Assembly: GCF_004010195.1 (NCBI RefSeq)
Contig: NC_057720.1
Span: 91,736,222-91,800,221 of the forward strand
Direction of reading: 5' to 3'
DNA length: 64,000 nt
Source: Chiloscyllium plagiosum
Taxonomy: Eukaryota
In this document: positions 1 through 12,499 of the stretch, piece after piece
Position numbering within the stretch: position 1 is the first letter of the stretch
Layout of the letters: each line of letters opens with the position of its first letter
Made by a program: the position numbers and the translations under genes
Notes under the pieces: model-generated
Database searches by the model: none
The model's input: only the letters and a program-made list of their open reading frames with translations
What the model was told of the DNA's origin: nothing

Positions 1-250
1 GAGTCTGGAACTCACTGCCTGAAAGGCTGGTTGACTCACAAACTCTTGTGACATTGGAGCAGTGTTTAGATATCCGCTTGTGTTGCTGTAACCTCCAGGG
101 TAAGGAGCCAAGAGCTGGTGGATGGGATTAGTGTCATCAGATCGTTGCTGACCAGTACAGACACAATGGGCCAAATGGTCTCATTCAGCGCTGTTCACAT
201 CAATGAGTCTCTGAGATAGACAGAGAGAGAGACAGATAGAGAGAGAGAGA

Positions 251-348
251 AGAGGAAGTGTGAGGGGCTGACGTGGCTCTCTCTGTCTGACGCCATTTTC
301 ATACTGAGGAACACCCAGTCAGACTCTCACAGGCTGCAGCTTTATAAA
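251..348 (+). promoter_or_regulatory. Cluster 1 IgL V promoter (PU-box, variant octamer, TATA)
   Basis: AGAGGAAGTG at 251-260, ATTTTCAT at 295-302 (one mismatch to the Ig octamer ATTTGCAT) and TATAAA at 343-348, about 60 bp before the leader ATG. The same layout is present in cluster 2. Confidence 0.75.
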
Positions 349-408
349 GCAGAGCCCAGTGAAGGGAGAGTTTATCAGGAACCAGGCCCAGGGACAGGAG
401 CACACACC

Positions 409-457
409 ATGATTTCACACATCCAGCTGTTCTGGCCCCTGGAATTCTGCGTCGCAG
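409..457 (+). pseudogene. IGKV: Cluster 1 Ig kappa-type leader exon (MISHIQLFWPLEFCVA-G)
   Basis: ACCATG start, 49-nt exon, phase-1 donor GT at 458. It has Glu where clusters 2 and 3 have Ala in the hydrophobic core. Confidence 0.9.
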
Positions 458-642
458 GTACAAATCTCTCTCCTTCACCTTGAATCTTAAGCTGCTCTCC
501 ATTTCACTCCAATTCCACTGACTTGTGATTGAAGGGAAAATGCTGAAACCAGAGGAAAGCTCAGTGTCTCCAACAATCTCTCATTTGACAGGCTCTTTCT
601 GTGACAGTTCTGACTTCACTGTGTTTCTCTCTGACCCCTCAG

Positions 643-918
643 GTATCAGTGGGGACATCATCATGAGCCGGTCTCCCCTGGTGCTGTCAGTGGGACTGGG
701 TCAGACCGCCAGCAGCGAGAAGGACAGAAACCCTCCCTCCTGATCTATGAAACAACAACTCGAAACACAGGAATCTCCGAGTGATTCACTGGCAGAGGAT
801 ATGAGACCAGTTTCACCCTGACAATCAGCAACGTTCAGAATGAGGATGTCACTGACTATTACTGTATGGAGGACAACAGCTACTCTTATGTTCGGTAAAG
901 GAACCAAGTTCAGGCTGA
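643..918 (+). pseudogene. IGKV: Cluster 1 pre-joined V-J exon, kappa/NS4-type, pseudogene
   Basis: Acceptor AG at 641-642, then [23 protein letters not shown] deletion near 709-710 shifts the frame to TGA 741-743. The downstream frame reads [51 protein letters not shown] (TGA 782-784, Cys 863-865). After 25 nt, J begins as FGKGTKFRL at 891, with donor GTAAGT at 919. No RSS lies between V and J. Confidence 0.92.
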
Positions 919-1291
919 GTAAGTCAACCTCAATCCTCCTTTATTAACCCTTTCAATTTCTAAACACAATTTCTAAAACACAAATACTGAATTGTTGAAG
1001 GTGTTAGTGGGGAGCTGCAGTGAATGAAATGGTTGATTGAGGAGCACTGTGTCTAACAGGGTGTCCAACTGTATTTCTTTAGTTCCATTGCCCCCTTTAA
1101 GCAGCAAGATATAAGTCAGTCAGTGTTACTCACCGTGTGGAGGAGCTCTGTCCATTTGCAGCCTGTGGTCCCATTCCTGCAGCATGGTGTGAAATCAGTG
1201 AGTAGCCTCCTGCCAGTCTCAGTGTGACGGACACGGGCAGAGTTTGATGTGAGCTCTGGCTCCCTTTCCCAGTCTCTGATCTCACTGACCT

Positions 1292-1312
1292 CAGCAGCAG
1301 CAGCAGCAGCAG
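1292..1312 (+). repeat. (CAG)7 microsatellite in the conserved J-proximal intron block
   Basis: Read directly. Paralogous tracts are (CAG)9 at 27711-27737 and (CTG)11 at 53231-53263. Confidence 0.95.
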
Positions 1313-2736
1313 CACAGTGAGACACCGAGCTCCCACCTCCCCCAGCTTTAACTCTGCTCAATCACACAATCACAGAATTGTTACAGCGCACACGGAGGCC
1401 ATTCTGCTCATCCTGTCTGTATGGCTCTCTGAATGAGCAATTCACTGAGTGTCATTCTCCTGCCTTCTCCCTGTCACCCTGCACATTGTTCCTTTTCAAA
1501 TAACAGTCTCATTCCCTTCGGAATGTTTCAATTGAAGCTGCCTCCATCACACTCTCAGGCAGTGCATTCCACACCTTAACCACTCACTGGCTGAACATAT
1601 TGTTACCCATCTCACTTTTGTTACTTTTCCCAATCACTTTCAATCTGTGGTCTCTCGGTCTCAATCCTTTCTCTATGGGAACATTTTCTCCCTATTTACT
1701 GTATCCAGGCCCCTCCTGCTTCTAATTCCTCAAATAAATCTCTCAGCCTTCTCCAAAGAAGACAGTCCCAAATTCTCCAATCAATCTGTATAACTGATGT
1801 TCCTCGTCCCTGGAATGATCTTCAGGAATATTTTTTGCCATTTCTACAAAACTTCACCTCCTTCCTGAATTATTCACATTTTCTATGACCCTCATGATTT
1901 TATAAACATCTATAAGGTCACTTCTCAGACTCTTATGCGTCAGAATAAAAAGTCTCAGCTTTTCCAGCCTCTCATAGTCATGGAGTTATACAGCATGGAA
2001 ACAGACCTTTCAGTTCAACACTTGTCCATGCTAACCAGATATCCTAAACTGACCTCATCCCATTTGCCAGCATTTGGCTTACATCCCTCAAAACCCTTCC
2101 TATCCATGTACCCATTCCAATGTGTTTTAAATGCTGTTATAGTATCTGTCTCCAATACTTTCTCTGGCAGCTCGATCCATACACATGCCACCCTCTGTGT
2201 GACAAGTTACCCCTCAGGTCCCTTTTGAATCTTTTGCCTCTCACCTTAAACCTANNNNNNNNNNNNNNNNNNNNNNNNNNNNNNNNNNNNNNNNNNNNNN
2301 NNNNNNNNNNNNNNNNNNNNNNNNNNNNNNNNNNNNNNNNNNNNNNNNNNNNNNNNNNNNNNNNNNNNNNNNNNNNNNNNNNNNNNNNNNNNNNNNNNNN
2401 NNNNNNNNNNNNNNNNNNNNNNNNNNNNNNNNNNNNNNNNNNNNNNNNNNNNNNNNNNNNNNNNNNNNNNNNNNNNNNNNNNNNNNNNNNNNNNNNNNNN
2501 NNNNNNNNNNNNNNNNNNNNNNNNNNNNNNNNNNNNNNNNNNNNNNNNNNNNNNNNNNNNNNNNNNNNNNNNNNNNNNNNNNNNNNNNNNNNNNNNNNNN
2601 NNNNNNNNNNNNNNNNNNNNNNNNNNNNNNNNNNNNNNNNNNNNNNNNNNNNNNNNNNNNNNNNNNNNNNNNNNNNNNNNNNNNNNNNNNNNNNNNNNNN
2701 NNNNNNNNNNNNNNNNNNNNNNNNNNNNNNNNNNNN

Positions 2737-5700
2737 NGAGGGAGGGTTTCAAGTACTCCCTCCCTTGGGGCTCATTCTGAGGAAGGTGGGACCTCTACAA
2801 ACAGGACGGTCATCACTTGAACCAGAGGGGTACTAATATCCTGGCTGGGAAATTTGCTGGTGCTTTTGGGTGGCTTTAAACCAGTGCAGCAGGGGGATGG
2901 GAACCTGAGGTGTCCTTCCAGTGCATAGGAGGATGAGAGTAGGGAGGGCGTGGACAGAATTTCATGGTCACAGGAATGTGTTGGCAGATAGCAAGCTGGT
3001 TTGATGTGTGTCTATTCAATGCCAGAAGTATCCGAAATAAGTTAGGTGAGCTTGCAGCATGGATAGGTACCTGGGGCTTTGATTTTGTGGCCATTTCAGA
3101 GACATGGATAGAACAGGGTCAGGAATATTGCAAGTACCAGGGTTTAGATCTTTCGTTAAGAACAGGCAAGATGGTAAAAGAGGGGGAGGTGTGGCTTTGT
3201 TAGTCAAGGACAGCAAAATGGTGGCTGAAAGAATTTTTGACAAGGTAGTATGGGCTGAGGTTAGAAACAGGTACAGAAGAGGTCACACTCCTGGGAGTAT
3301 TTTATTGGCCTCTGCAGAGTTTCATGGAGGTGGAGGAGAGGATTGACAAAACGATTCTGGCTAGGAGTGAAAGGAACAGGGTGGTCATTATGGGGACTTT
3401 AACTTCCTCAACATTGATTGGAAATGCTATAACCCGGCACTGGGCGGCATGGTGGCACAGTGGTTAGCACAGTGGTTAGCCTCACAGCGCCAGAGACCCG
3501 GGTTCAGTTCCCGCTTCGGACAACTGTCTGTGTGGAGTTTGCACATTCTCCCCGTGTCTGCATCGGTTTCCTCCAGGTGCTCAGGTTTCCTCCCACAATC
3601 CAAAACAAAATGCAGGTTAGGTGAGTTGGCCATGCTGGATAGCCCGTAATGTTAGGTGAAGGGGTAAATGTAGGAGAGTGGGTCTGGGTGGGCTGCTCTT
3701 CGGAGGGTCGGTTTGGGCTGGAGGGCCTGTTTCCATACTGAGTAATCTGACCTAGTACGTCGGATGAATCAGTTTTTGTCGAATGTGTGCAGGATGGTTT
3801 CCTGACACAGTATGTCGAAGGGCTGACAAGACGGGAGGCCACAGTGGACCTGGTGCTTGGTAATGAACTAGGTCAGGTGTTTGATTTAGTTGTAGGTGAG
3901 CACTTTGGAGAGAGTGACCAAAATTCAGTTACATTTAGTTTATCGATGGAAAGGATAGATACATGCCATNNNNNNNNNNNNNNNNNNNNNNNNNNNNNNN
4001 NNNNNNNNNNNNNNNNNNNNNNNNNNNNNNNNNNNNNNNNNNNNNNNNNNNNNNNNNNNNNNNNNNNNNNNNNNNNNNNNNNNNNNNNNNNNNNNNNNNN
4101 NNNNNNNNNNNNNNNNNNNNNNNNNNNNNNNNNNNNNNNNNNNNNNNNNNNNNNNNNNNNNNNNNNNNNNNNNNNNNNNNNNNNNNNNNNNNNNNNNNNN
4201 NNNNNNNNNNNNNNNNNNNNNNNNNNNNNNNNNNNNNNNNNNNNNNNNNNNNNNNNNNNNNNNNNNNNNNNNNAAGGATCAAGGTGAGTAGGGAAGAGGT
4301 GTTACCTATTCTAGATGGAGTGAAAGTCGACAAGTCCCTTGGGCCAGATGGGATTTATCCGAGGATTCTCTGGCAAGCTCTGGAGGAGATGGAGGAGCCT
4401 TTGGCTTTGATCTTTGAATCATCATTGTCTACAGGTTTAGTACCAGAGGACTGGAGGATTACATATGTCGTGTCCTTGTTCAAGAAGGGCAGCAGAGATG
4501 ACCCAGATAATTATAGACCAGTGAGCCTTCCATCTATTGTAGGAAAAGTTTTGGAAAGGATTCTAAGAGATAGGATTTATAATAATCTAGCAAGCAACAA
4601 TTTGATTTCAGATAGTCAACATGATTTTGTCAAGTGCAGGTCATGTCATAAACCTCATTGAGGTTTTTGAGAAGGTGACCAAGCATGTTAACAAGGGTAG
4701 AGCAGTTGACATGATGTATCTGGACTTCAGTAAAGCCTTTGATAAGGTTCCAAATGGTCGGCTGTTGGAGAAAATGCAGCGGCTTGGGATTGAGGGTGAT
4801 TTGGCAGTTTGGATTAGAAACTGGCTTTCTGAAAGAAGGCAGCGAGTGATGGTTGATGGAAAATATTCATCCTGGAGTCTGGTTACAAGTGATGTGCCAC
4901 AAGGAACTGTTTTGGGATGACTGCTGTTTGTCATTTTTATAAATGACTTGGACACAGGCACAGGTGGATAGATGAGTAAATTTGCAGATGACACTAAAGT
5001 TGGTGGAGTGGAGAACATTGTGGAAGAATGTTGCATGTTGCAGGGGGTCTTGGATAAACTGCAAAATTGGGCTGAGAGGTGGCAAATAGAGTTCAATGCA
5101 GCTAAATGTGAGGTGATTCATTTTAGGAACAATAACAGGAAGGCAGAGTACTGGGTCAATAGAAAGATTCTTGGTAGTGTGGATGTATCGAGGAATCTTG
5201 AAGTCCATTTACATAGATCCCTGAAAGTTGCCGCCCAGGTTGATAGTGCTATTAAGAAGGCAGAGTGTGTGTTAAGTTTTATTGGTAGAGGGATTGAGTT
5301 CCGGAGCCGTAATGTCATATACAAAACGTTAATGCAGCTGCACTTGTAATACTGTGTTCAGCTCTGGTCGCCTCATTACAGGAAGGATTTGGAAGCATTG
5401 GAAAAGGTGCAGAGGAGATTTACCAGGACATTGCCTAGTCTGGAGGGAAGGTCTTATGAGGAAACGCTGAGACACTTGGGTCTGTTCTCATTGGAAAAAA
5501 GAAGCTAGAGGGGATTTGATAGAGACATTCAAGATGATCAGAGGATTAGATAGGGGAGACAGTGAAGTCCTTTTCCTCAGATGATGATGTCAGCTTGTAT
5601 GAGGGGGCATAACTACAAATTGAGGGATGATTTATTTAAGACAAATGTCAGAGGCAGGTTCTTTACTCAGACAGTAGTAAGGACATGGAATGTCCTGCCT

Positions 5701-5850
5701 GCCAATGTAGTTAACTCAACCACATTAGGGAGATTTAAACAATCCTTGGATAAGTACATGGATGATGATGGGATAGCGTAGAGCATGAGCTTAGATTGGT
5801 TCATAGGTTGGTGAAACATCGAGGTCCAAAGAGCCCGTTCCGCACTGTAT
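2737..5850 (+). mobile_element. CR1-type LINE, degenerate endonuclease-RT ORF2, in the cluster 1 J-C intron
   Basis: ORF fragments FNARSIRNKLGEL...VAISETW (APE endonuclease), NYRPVSL, YLDFSKAFDKV, VPQG and SKFADDTK (RT), with stops and frameshifts. Interrupted by a SINE and a gap. Confidence 0.9.
3443..3749 (+). mobile_element. tRNA-derived SINE (HE1/V-SINE-like) nested in the CR1 element
   Basis: Pol III A/B-box-like head (GGTGGCACAGTGG...GGTTCAGTTCC), central TGTGTGGAGTTTGCACATTCTCCCCGTGTCTG domain and CR1-like 3' tail. Confidence 0.88.
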
Positions 5851-5859
5851 TGTTCTACC

Positions 5860-7660
5860 TATCTCTCTATCCAGTCTGAAAAGCAACACTTTACCACCAC
5901 TCTCTGTTTCCTATATTCAAGCCAATTCCTCACTCAAATGGCTCGCTCCCCTTGGATCCCGTGTGGTCTAACCTTACAAACCAGTCTTTCATGTGGAACT
6001 TTGTCAAACAGTTTACTGAAGTCCATACAGACAATGTCTACTGTTCTGCCTTCATCAATCTTCCTTGTCACCTCCTCAATCAAATTAGGGAGACATAATT
6101 TTCCATGTACAAAACCACACTGATTATCTAAATGGATATAAATCCTGTCCCTCAGAATCCACTCCAACATCTTANNNNNNNNNNNNNNNNNNNNNNNNNN
6201 NNNNNNNNNNNNNNNNNNNNNNNNNNNNNNNNNNNNNNNNNNNNNNNNNNNNNNNNNNNNNNNNNNNNNNNNNNNNNNNNNNNNNNNNNNNNNNNNNNNN
6301 NNNNNNNNNNNNNNNNNNNNNNNNNNNNNNNNNNNNNNNNNNNNNNNNNNNNNNNNNNNNNNNNNNNNNNNNNNNNNNNNNNNNNNNNNNNNNNNNNNNN
6401 NNNNNNNNNNNNNNNNNNNNNNNNNNNNNNNNNNNNNNNNNNNNNNNNNNNACTCAGACAGTAGTAAGGACATGGAATGTCCTGCCTGCCAATGTAGTTA
6501 ACTCAACCACATTAGGGAGATTTAAACAATCCTTGGATAAGTACATGGATGATGATGGGATAGCGTAGAGCATGAGCTTAGATTGGTTCATAGGTTGGTG
6601 CAACATCGAGGTCCAAAGAGCCCGTTCTGCACTGTATTGTTCTACCTATCTCTCTATCCAGTCTGAAAAGCAACACTTTACCACTACTATCTGTTTCCTA
6701 TCTTCAAGCCAATTCTTTACTCAATGGCTCGCTCCCTCTGGACCCCATGTGGTCTAACCTTACAAACCAGTCTATCATGTGTAACTTTGTCAAACAGTTT
6801 ACTGAAGTCCATATAGACAATGTCTACTGTTCTGCCTTCATCAATCTTCCTTGTCACCTCCTCAATCAAATTAGGGAGACATAATTTTCCATTTACAAAA
6901 CCACACTGATTATCTAAATGGATATAAATCCTGTCCCTCAGAATCCACTCCAACATCTTACCCAGCACTGACATCAGGCTCACTGGTCTATAATTCCATG
7001 GCTTTTCCTTACAGTTTTTCTTAAATAATGGCATAACATTAGCCAACCTCTCTGGTTCTCCAACACCTTACCTATGCTTGTCAATGATGAAAATATCTCA
7101 GCAAGGGGTTCAACAATCTTTTCCCTCATTTCCCAAAATGTTCTGGGATACACCTGATCAGGTCCTCAGGATTTATCGACCTTTATATGACCTTTAGCAT
7201 CTCCTCATTTCTATGTGGACTCTTTTCAAGATATCACTATTTTTCGATATTTCCTCGCTTTCATGTCCTTCGCCACAATAAATACTGACCTGAAATATTT
7301 GTTTAGGGTCTCACCCATCTCCTGTGTCTTACCAAAATACAGGGCTCACATTTATCTGAATTAAACTCCATCTGCCATTCCTCAGCCCACCGACCCAGTT
7401 GGTCAAGATCCCATTGCACTCTTACACAACCTTCTTTACTGTCCATGATGCCACCTGAAACTTCACCTGAACACACTCTCACAACTCTGGCCCCTCTCTG
7501 CCTGTTACACTGCTACTACCCCAGTCTATATTCAGAAATTAAATCCCCCCTTTCCCCCACATTATAACGACTCTATCACACTTTCAGGTCTCTGTAAATT
7601 TCTTGCATTTGTATTCCTCCACATCCTTCCCACTGGGTGGTGACTTATTGACTGCACTGA
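5860..7660 (-). mobile_element. CR1-type LINE RT fragments, partly duplicated across a gap and shared with the cluster 2/3 introns
   Basis: ORF 6717-7046 contains NYRPVSL...MDFSKLFDKV. Homologous to about 29020-30020 and 50970-51880. Confidence 0.85.
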
Positions 7661-8439
7661 GNNNNNNNNNNNNNNNNNNNNNNNNNNNNNNNNNNNNNNN
7701 NNNNNNNNNNNNNNNNNNNNNNNNNNNNNNNNNNNNNNNNNNNNNNNNNNNNNNNNNNNNNNNNNNNNNNNNNNNNNNNNNNNNNNNNNNNNNNNNNNNN
7801 NNNNNNNNNNNNNNNNNNNNNNNNNNNNNNNNNNNNNNNNNNNNNNNNNNNNNNNNNNNNNNNNNNNNNNNNNNNNNNNNNNNNNNNNNNNNNNNNNNNN
7901 NNNNNNNNNNNNNNNNNNNNNNNNNNNNNNNNNNNNNNNNNNNNNNNNNNNNNNNNNNNNNNNNNNNNNNNNNNNNNNNNNNNNNNNNNNNNNNNNNNNN
8001 NNNNNNNNNNNNNNNNNNNNNNNNNNNNNNNNNNNNNNNNNNNNNNNNNNNNNNNNNNNNNNNNNNNNNNNNNNNNNNNNNNNNNNNNNNNNNNNNNNNN
8101 NNNNNNNNNNNNNNNNNNNNNNNNNNNNNNNNNNNNNNNNNNNNNNNNNNNNNNNNNNNNNNNNNNNNNNNNNNNNNNNNNNNNNNNNNNNNNNNNNNNN
8201 NNNNNNNNNNNNNNNNNNNNNNNNNNNNNNNNNNNNNNNNNNNNNNNNNNNNNNNNNNNNNNNNNNNNNNNNNNNNNNNNNNNNNNNNNNNNNNNNNNNN
8301 NNNNNNNNNNNNNNNNNNNNNNNNNNNNNNNNNNNNNNNNNNNNNNNNNNNNNNNNNNNNNNNNNNNNNNNNNNNNNNNNNNNNNNNNNNNNNNNNNNNN
8401 NNNNNNNNNNNNNNNNNNNNNNNNNNNNNNNNNNNNNNN

Positions 8440-10930
8440 CATCTTCTCCACATCCACTCGAGACAGGTCTCTCAGTATTCTGTAAGTTTTAATGAGATTC
8501 CCTTCATCCTTCTAAACTCCATCGAGTCCTCAATTGTTCCTCATATGATAGCCCTTCATCCCCAAGATCATTCTTGTAAAACTCTTCTGTACACCCTCCA
8601 ATGCCTGCACATTCTTCCTTATATACAGGGCCCAAAACTGCTCACAATACATGAATTGTGTTCTGGTTCTGACCTTAGACAGCTTCAGCGGTACACCTCT
8701 TTTCTTGTGATTAGATTCCCTACAGTATGGAAACAGGCCCTTCAGCCCAATAAGTCTACACCGACCCTCTGAAGAGCAACCAACCCAGATCCTTTCCCCT
8801 ATATTTATCCCTGACTAACGCACATAGCACGACGGGCAATTTAGCATGGCCAATTCACCTAAACTGCACATCTTTGGACTGTGGGAGGAAACCGGAGCAC
8901 CCGGAGGAAACCCACGCAGACACGAGGAGAATGTGCAAACTCCACACAGACAGATGCCCAAGACAGGAATCGAACCGGGTTCCCGGCGCTGTGAGGCAGC
9001 AGTGCTAACCACTGAGCATGTTCTAGCCTTCTGGAAATGAATGCTGACATTGCATTTGTGCTCCTAACTGCCAACTGAACCAACATGGTAACGTTAAAAA
9101 AAACCTGATTATGACTCCTCAGTACCTTTGTGATTCAGATTTGTGAATCCTTTCCTCATTTAAAAAACAGTCTATGCTTTTATCCTTCTTACTAAAGTGC
9201 ATAAGCTCACACTTTCCCACATTGTATTCCATCTGCCACTTCTTTGTCCACTCTCTGAACCTGATCAACTCCTTCTTCAGCTTCTCCACTTCCTCAACAC
9301 GACCTGTCCCTCCACTTATCTTTGGGTTACCTGCAGATTGAGCAACAATGTCCTCAGATCCTTCATCCAGATCATTAATGAATCATTTATTTTTGGTGAA
9401 TAGCTGTAGTCTCAGCATGGACCTTTGCAGGACCACACTAGTCACCGGTTGCCATCCTGAAAAAGATCCTTTTATCCCACTCTCTGCCTTCTGCCAGGCA
9501 GCCAACCTTTTTTTCCATGCCAGGACCTTGTCCCGAACACCAAGGGCTTTTCTCTTCTTTAGTAGCCTCCTGTATGGCACATTGTCAAAGGCTGTCTGTA
9601 AATCCAAATAGATCACGTCCACTGGCTCTCCTTTATCTAACTTCTTCATTCCTTCCTTCAAGAATTCGAACAGATTTGTCAGGCCACCCCTTGATGAAGC
9701 CATGCTGGCACAGCCCGACTTGACCATGCACTTCCAACTCCCCTGCAATCTCGTCCTTAAACTGAAGTCTACAATCTGAATAAAGACTGAGGTCAGACTA
9801 ACCATCCTATAATTTCCCATCTTCTGCCTCCCTCCTTTCTGAAACAGGGGGGTTACATTCGCCATTTTACAGTCCTCTTGGACTCTCCCTGACTCCAGTG
9901 ATTCCTGAAAGATCACCATCAATGCTTCCACAATCTGCTCAGCTATCTCCTTCAAACTCTGGGGTGTAGTCTATCCAGTCCGGCTGATTTATCCATCTCA
10001 GAACTTTCAGCTTCCCCAGCACCTTCTCCTCAGTGATCACCATTACTCTCATCTCTGCCCCTGAATCTCTTTAAGTTCTGGTATACTACTGGTGTCTTCT
10101 ACTGTGAAGACTGATGTAAAGTCACTATTCAGATCCTCTGCCATTTCCTTGTTCCCCATTAGTACTTCTCCAGCCTCATTTTCCAGCAGTCCAACATCCA
10201 GTCTTGCCTTCCTCCTAGCTTTTATATTTCGACAAAAAAAACAGTCTTGCAATCTTCTTTTATATTACTGGCTGGCAAACTTTCATATTTCATCCTCTAA
10301 CCCCTTATTATATTTTTAGTTATAAACTTACAGAATCCTTGGGTTTTAAAATACAGCACAGAGTAAAAAAGCAAGGAAGCAATGCTACACCTCTACAGAT
10401 CACTGATCAGACCAGATTTGGAAGCTTGTGTTCAGTTATGAACACCTTATTTAAAGAGCCATATTAAAACCCTGGAGACAGGTCAAAGGGGTTTTATCGA
10501 AATGATACCAGGAATGAGTGATTTTAGATACAAGGAAAGTTTAGAGAGATTGGGCTTATTCCCCTCTGAGCAGAGAAGATTAAGAGGTGATCTTATAGAG
10601 TTGTTCACTGTTTTGAACAATTTTTGACAGGGTTAAGGAGGATATTTTGTTTCCATGAGTTGGTATGTCTGTAACTAGAGGCAACAATTTCAAGATGGTC
10701 AACAAGACAGCTTGGAGTGAGATGAGGGAGTTGTTAGGATTTGGAACATGCTGCCTGACAGGATGGTGGAGGTGGATTCTGTTGGAGGTTTCAATGTGCA
10801 TATTGCAAATGAATGAAGTTAGAGAGCAACAGAGATCAGTCTGGAGAGTGGGACTAGCTGGATAGCTCTTTCCAGAGCCAGCACAGACATGATGGGTTGA
10901 ATAGCCTCCTTCTGTACTGTAAATTCTATT
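8440..10930. mobile_element. CR1-type LINE fragments (minus 8440-10330; plus 3' fragment 10330-10930)
   Basis: ORF 9383-9955 contains NVTPLFQKG...NYRMVSLTS...IYLDLQTAFDNVP. Confidence 0.8.
8709..9016 (-). mobile_element. HE1/V-SINE-like SINE
   Basis: Reverse complement of the same SINE body as 61488-61805. Confidence 0.85.
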
Positions 10931-11638
10931 ATTTGATTTCATCCTGTCAGCTCTTTGCTTTCCTCAGGTCATGTTCAATGTCACTCCTGCATTTTCTATC
11001 CTCCTCTCAGCTTTCTGCAGGTTTGAACTCCAGATAACCAACATCACCTTCCCTGTTTGGTCTGCCCTACTCTGGCTGCCTTTTGACATCCCAGGCTGAG
11101 AGTCTAGATTTGGGAGTCCCACCCTTACTCATTGTGGGAACAGATTCTGAACGATCTCTGACTCCTCCTTTGAGGGATCCTACTGCCCTGACACTGATTT
11201 CCCATCATGCCGCTGGTTCCAGTCCACTTTTACCAAAGCACCGCACAGTTTAGTAAAATATTTCACTCCCAAATGAAAACTTTTACACTTTCTCCGTTGT
11301 TCTCCATTTCCATCCCTCCTCTCAATCTCACTGAGTTCTGATCCCTGTTACTGAAATGCTCCCCCATTGATCGCCCTTCCAGCTGCCCACATTCATTTCC
11401 TAAATTATGGTCCAAAACTGTCCCTTCTCTTTCACCATCACCTTCTCAGGGGCAATTAGGGATGGGCAATAAATGCTGGCCCTGCCAGTGACACTCACAT
11501 CCCAAGAAGCAATTTAAACAATGCCTGTTCTTTCGTCAGATTTGTTAGGTATTGGCTACAAATGTTCAAACGTTTTCCCAGTGAATATTTTGAAAGTTGA
11601 AACTGGCAGGGATTAAAATTGTTTTTCTTGTCTTTCAG

Positions 11639-11967
11639 GCCGTGAGAACTCTCAGCCCAAGCTGACCCTGCTGCCCCCCTCCCCAGAGCAGGTCAATGCC
11701 AAGGGCACTGCCACCCTGGTGTGCCTTGCCAATCACTTCTATCCCGATGAGCTGGAGGTGCAGTGGAAGAAGGATGGTGCAGTCATTTCGGACGGGGTTC
11801 AGACCAGCAACTACCTGCGAGCTTCAGACAGCACCTACAGTGTCAGCAGTCTGCTGACTCTCTCTGGGTCTGACTGGGAGTCCAACGCTCGTTTCTCCTG
11901 TGCCCTCACCCACGTGACCCTCCCCTCTCCCCTCAGCAAGAGCCTCAGGAGATCAGAATGTGTGTAG
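11639..11967 (+). CDS. IGKC: Ig light-chain constant exon, kappa/NS4-type (cluster 1), intact
   Basis: Pyrimidine tract and AG at 11637-11638, phase 1, matching the J donor. Encodes (S)RENSQPKLTLLPPSPEQVNAKGTATLVCLANHFYPDELEVQWKKDG...TYSVSSLLTL...FSCALTH...RSECV*, with the C1-set Cys-Trp-Cys pattern and a penultimate interchain Cys. Confidence 0.96.
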
Positions 11968-12493
11968 AATGTTTGAGACAGTCCACAAAGGAGACACAAC
12001 TTTAAATAGGACAGGGTTGAGCTGGCAGGACAAAGATCATTGTGAGAATTAAATTTCAATTCTTTTCCTTCTCAGAACTCCTTGGAGACATTACTGAGGT
12101 TCAGGAGTTCAGGCAGGTCATTGGGACAGTGTAGAGAGAGCTTTACAGTGTGTCAAATCTCATGCTGTCCTTGTCCTGTGAGTGTTTGATGGGAACAGGT
12201 GTGATTTGTGATGACAAGTAAAATCTCTACAAGTTGCTGAAGATTGTCAGCTGTAGAAAACAATGTGAACCTCAGACGTTTCTGCTTCAGTCAACCAGAT
12301 CTCTTTCCTGCTCAGCCACCAGCTCCAATTTCAGGTTTTTATCACTGTTTAAAGGGACAAGACTCTCACATTATTGAGAAAATCTCCACAAGTGTTTTCC
12401 TCAAGCTCCATTATGGCTGTGAATTTGAGCAACTTCCTCTGTCTGGGCTGTTAATTGCAGTCTGTTTTCTGTCAATGTCAGTCTGGAAAAGGG

Positions 12494-12499
12494 AATAAA
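12494..12499 (+). terminator. Polyadenylation signal for cluster 1 C
   Basis: AATAAA about 530 nt after the stop, followed by a GT-rich tract. Conserved in the paralog at 42524-42529. Confidence 0.75.

Noticed and set aside
525-743. ORF MIEGKMLKPEE... conserved in three copies
   Set aside because: It is leader-intron sequence read through the splice acceptor into V FR1 from a non-ATG start, not an independent gene.
1130-1336. Antisense ORF MGARCLTVLLLLLLLRSVRS resembling a signal peptide (also 27549-27761 and 53207-53440)
   Set aside because: It starts at GTG in all three copies, the poly-Leu is just the CTG tract, the frame diverges in cluster 3, and there is no phase-1 donor or downstream exon.
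5665-6960. ~500-bp near-identical direct repeat (5665-6174 and 6452-6960)
   Set aside because: The copies end and begin exactly at the edges of an N gap, typical of an unmerged contig or haplotype overlap rather than a real tandem duplication.
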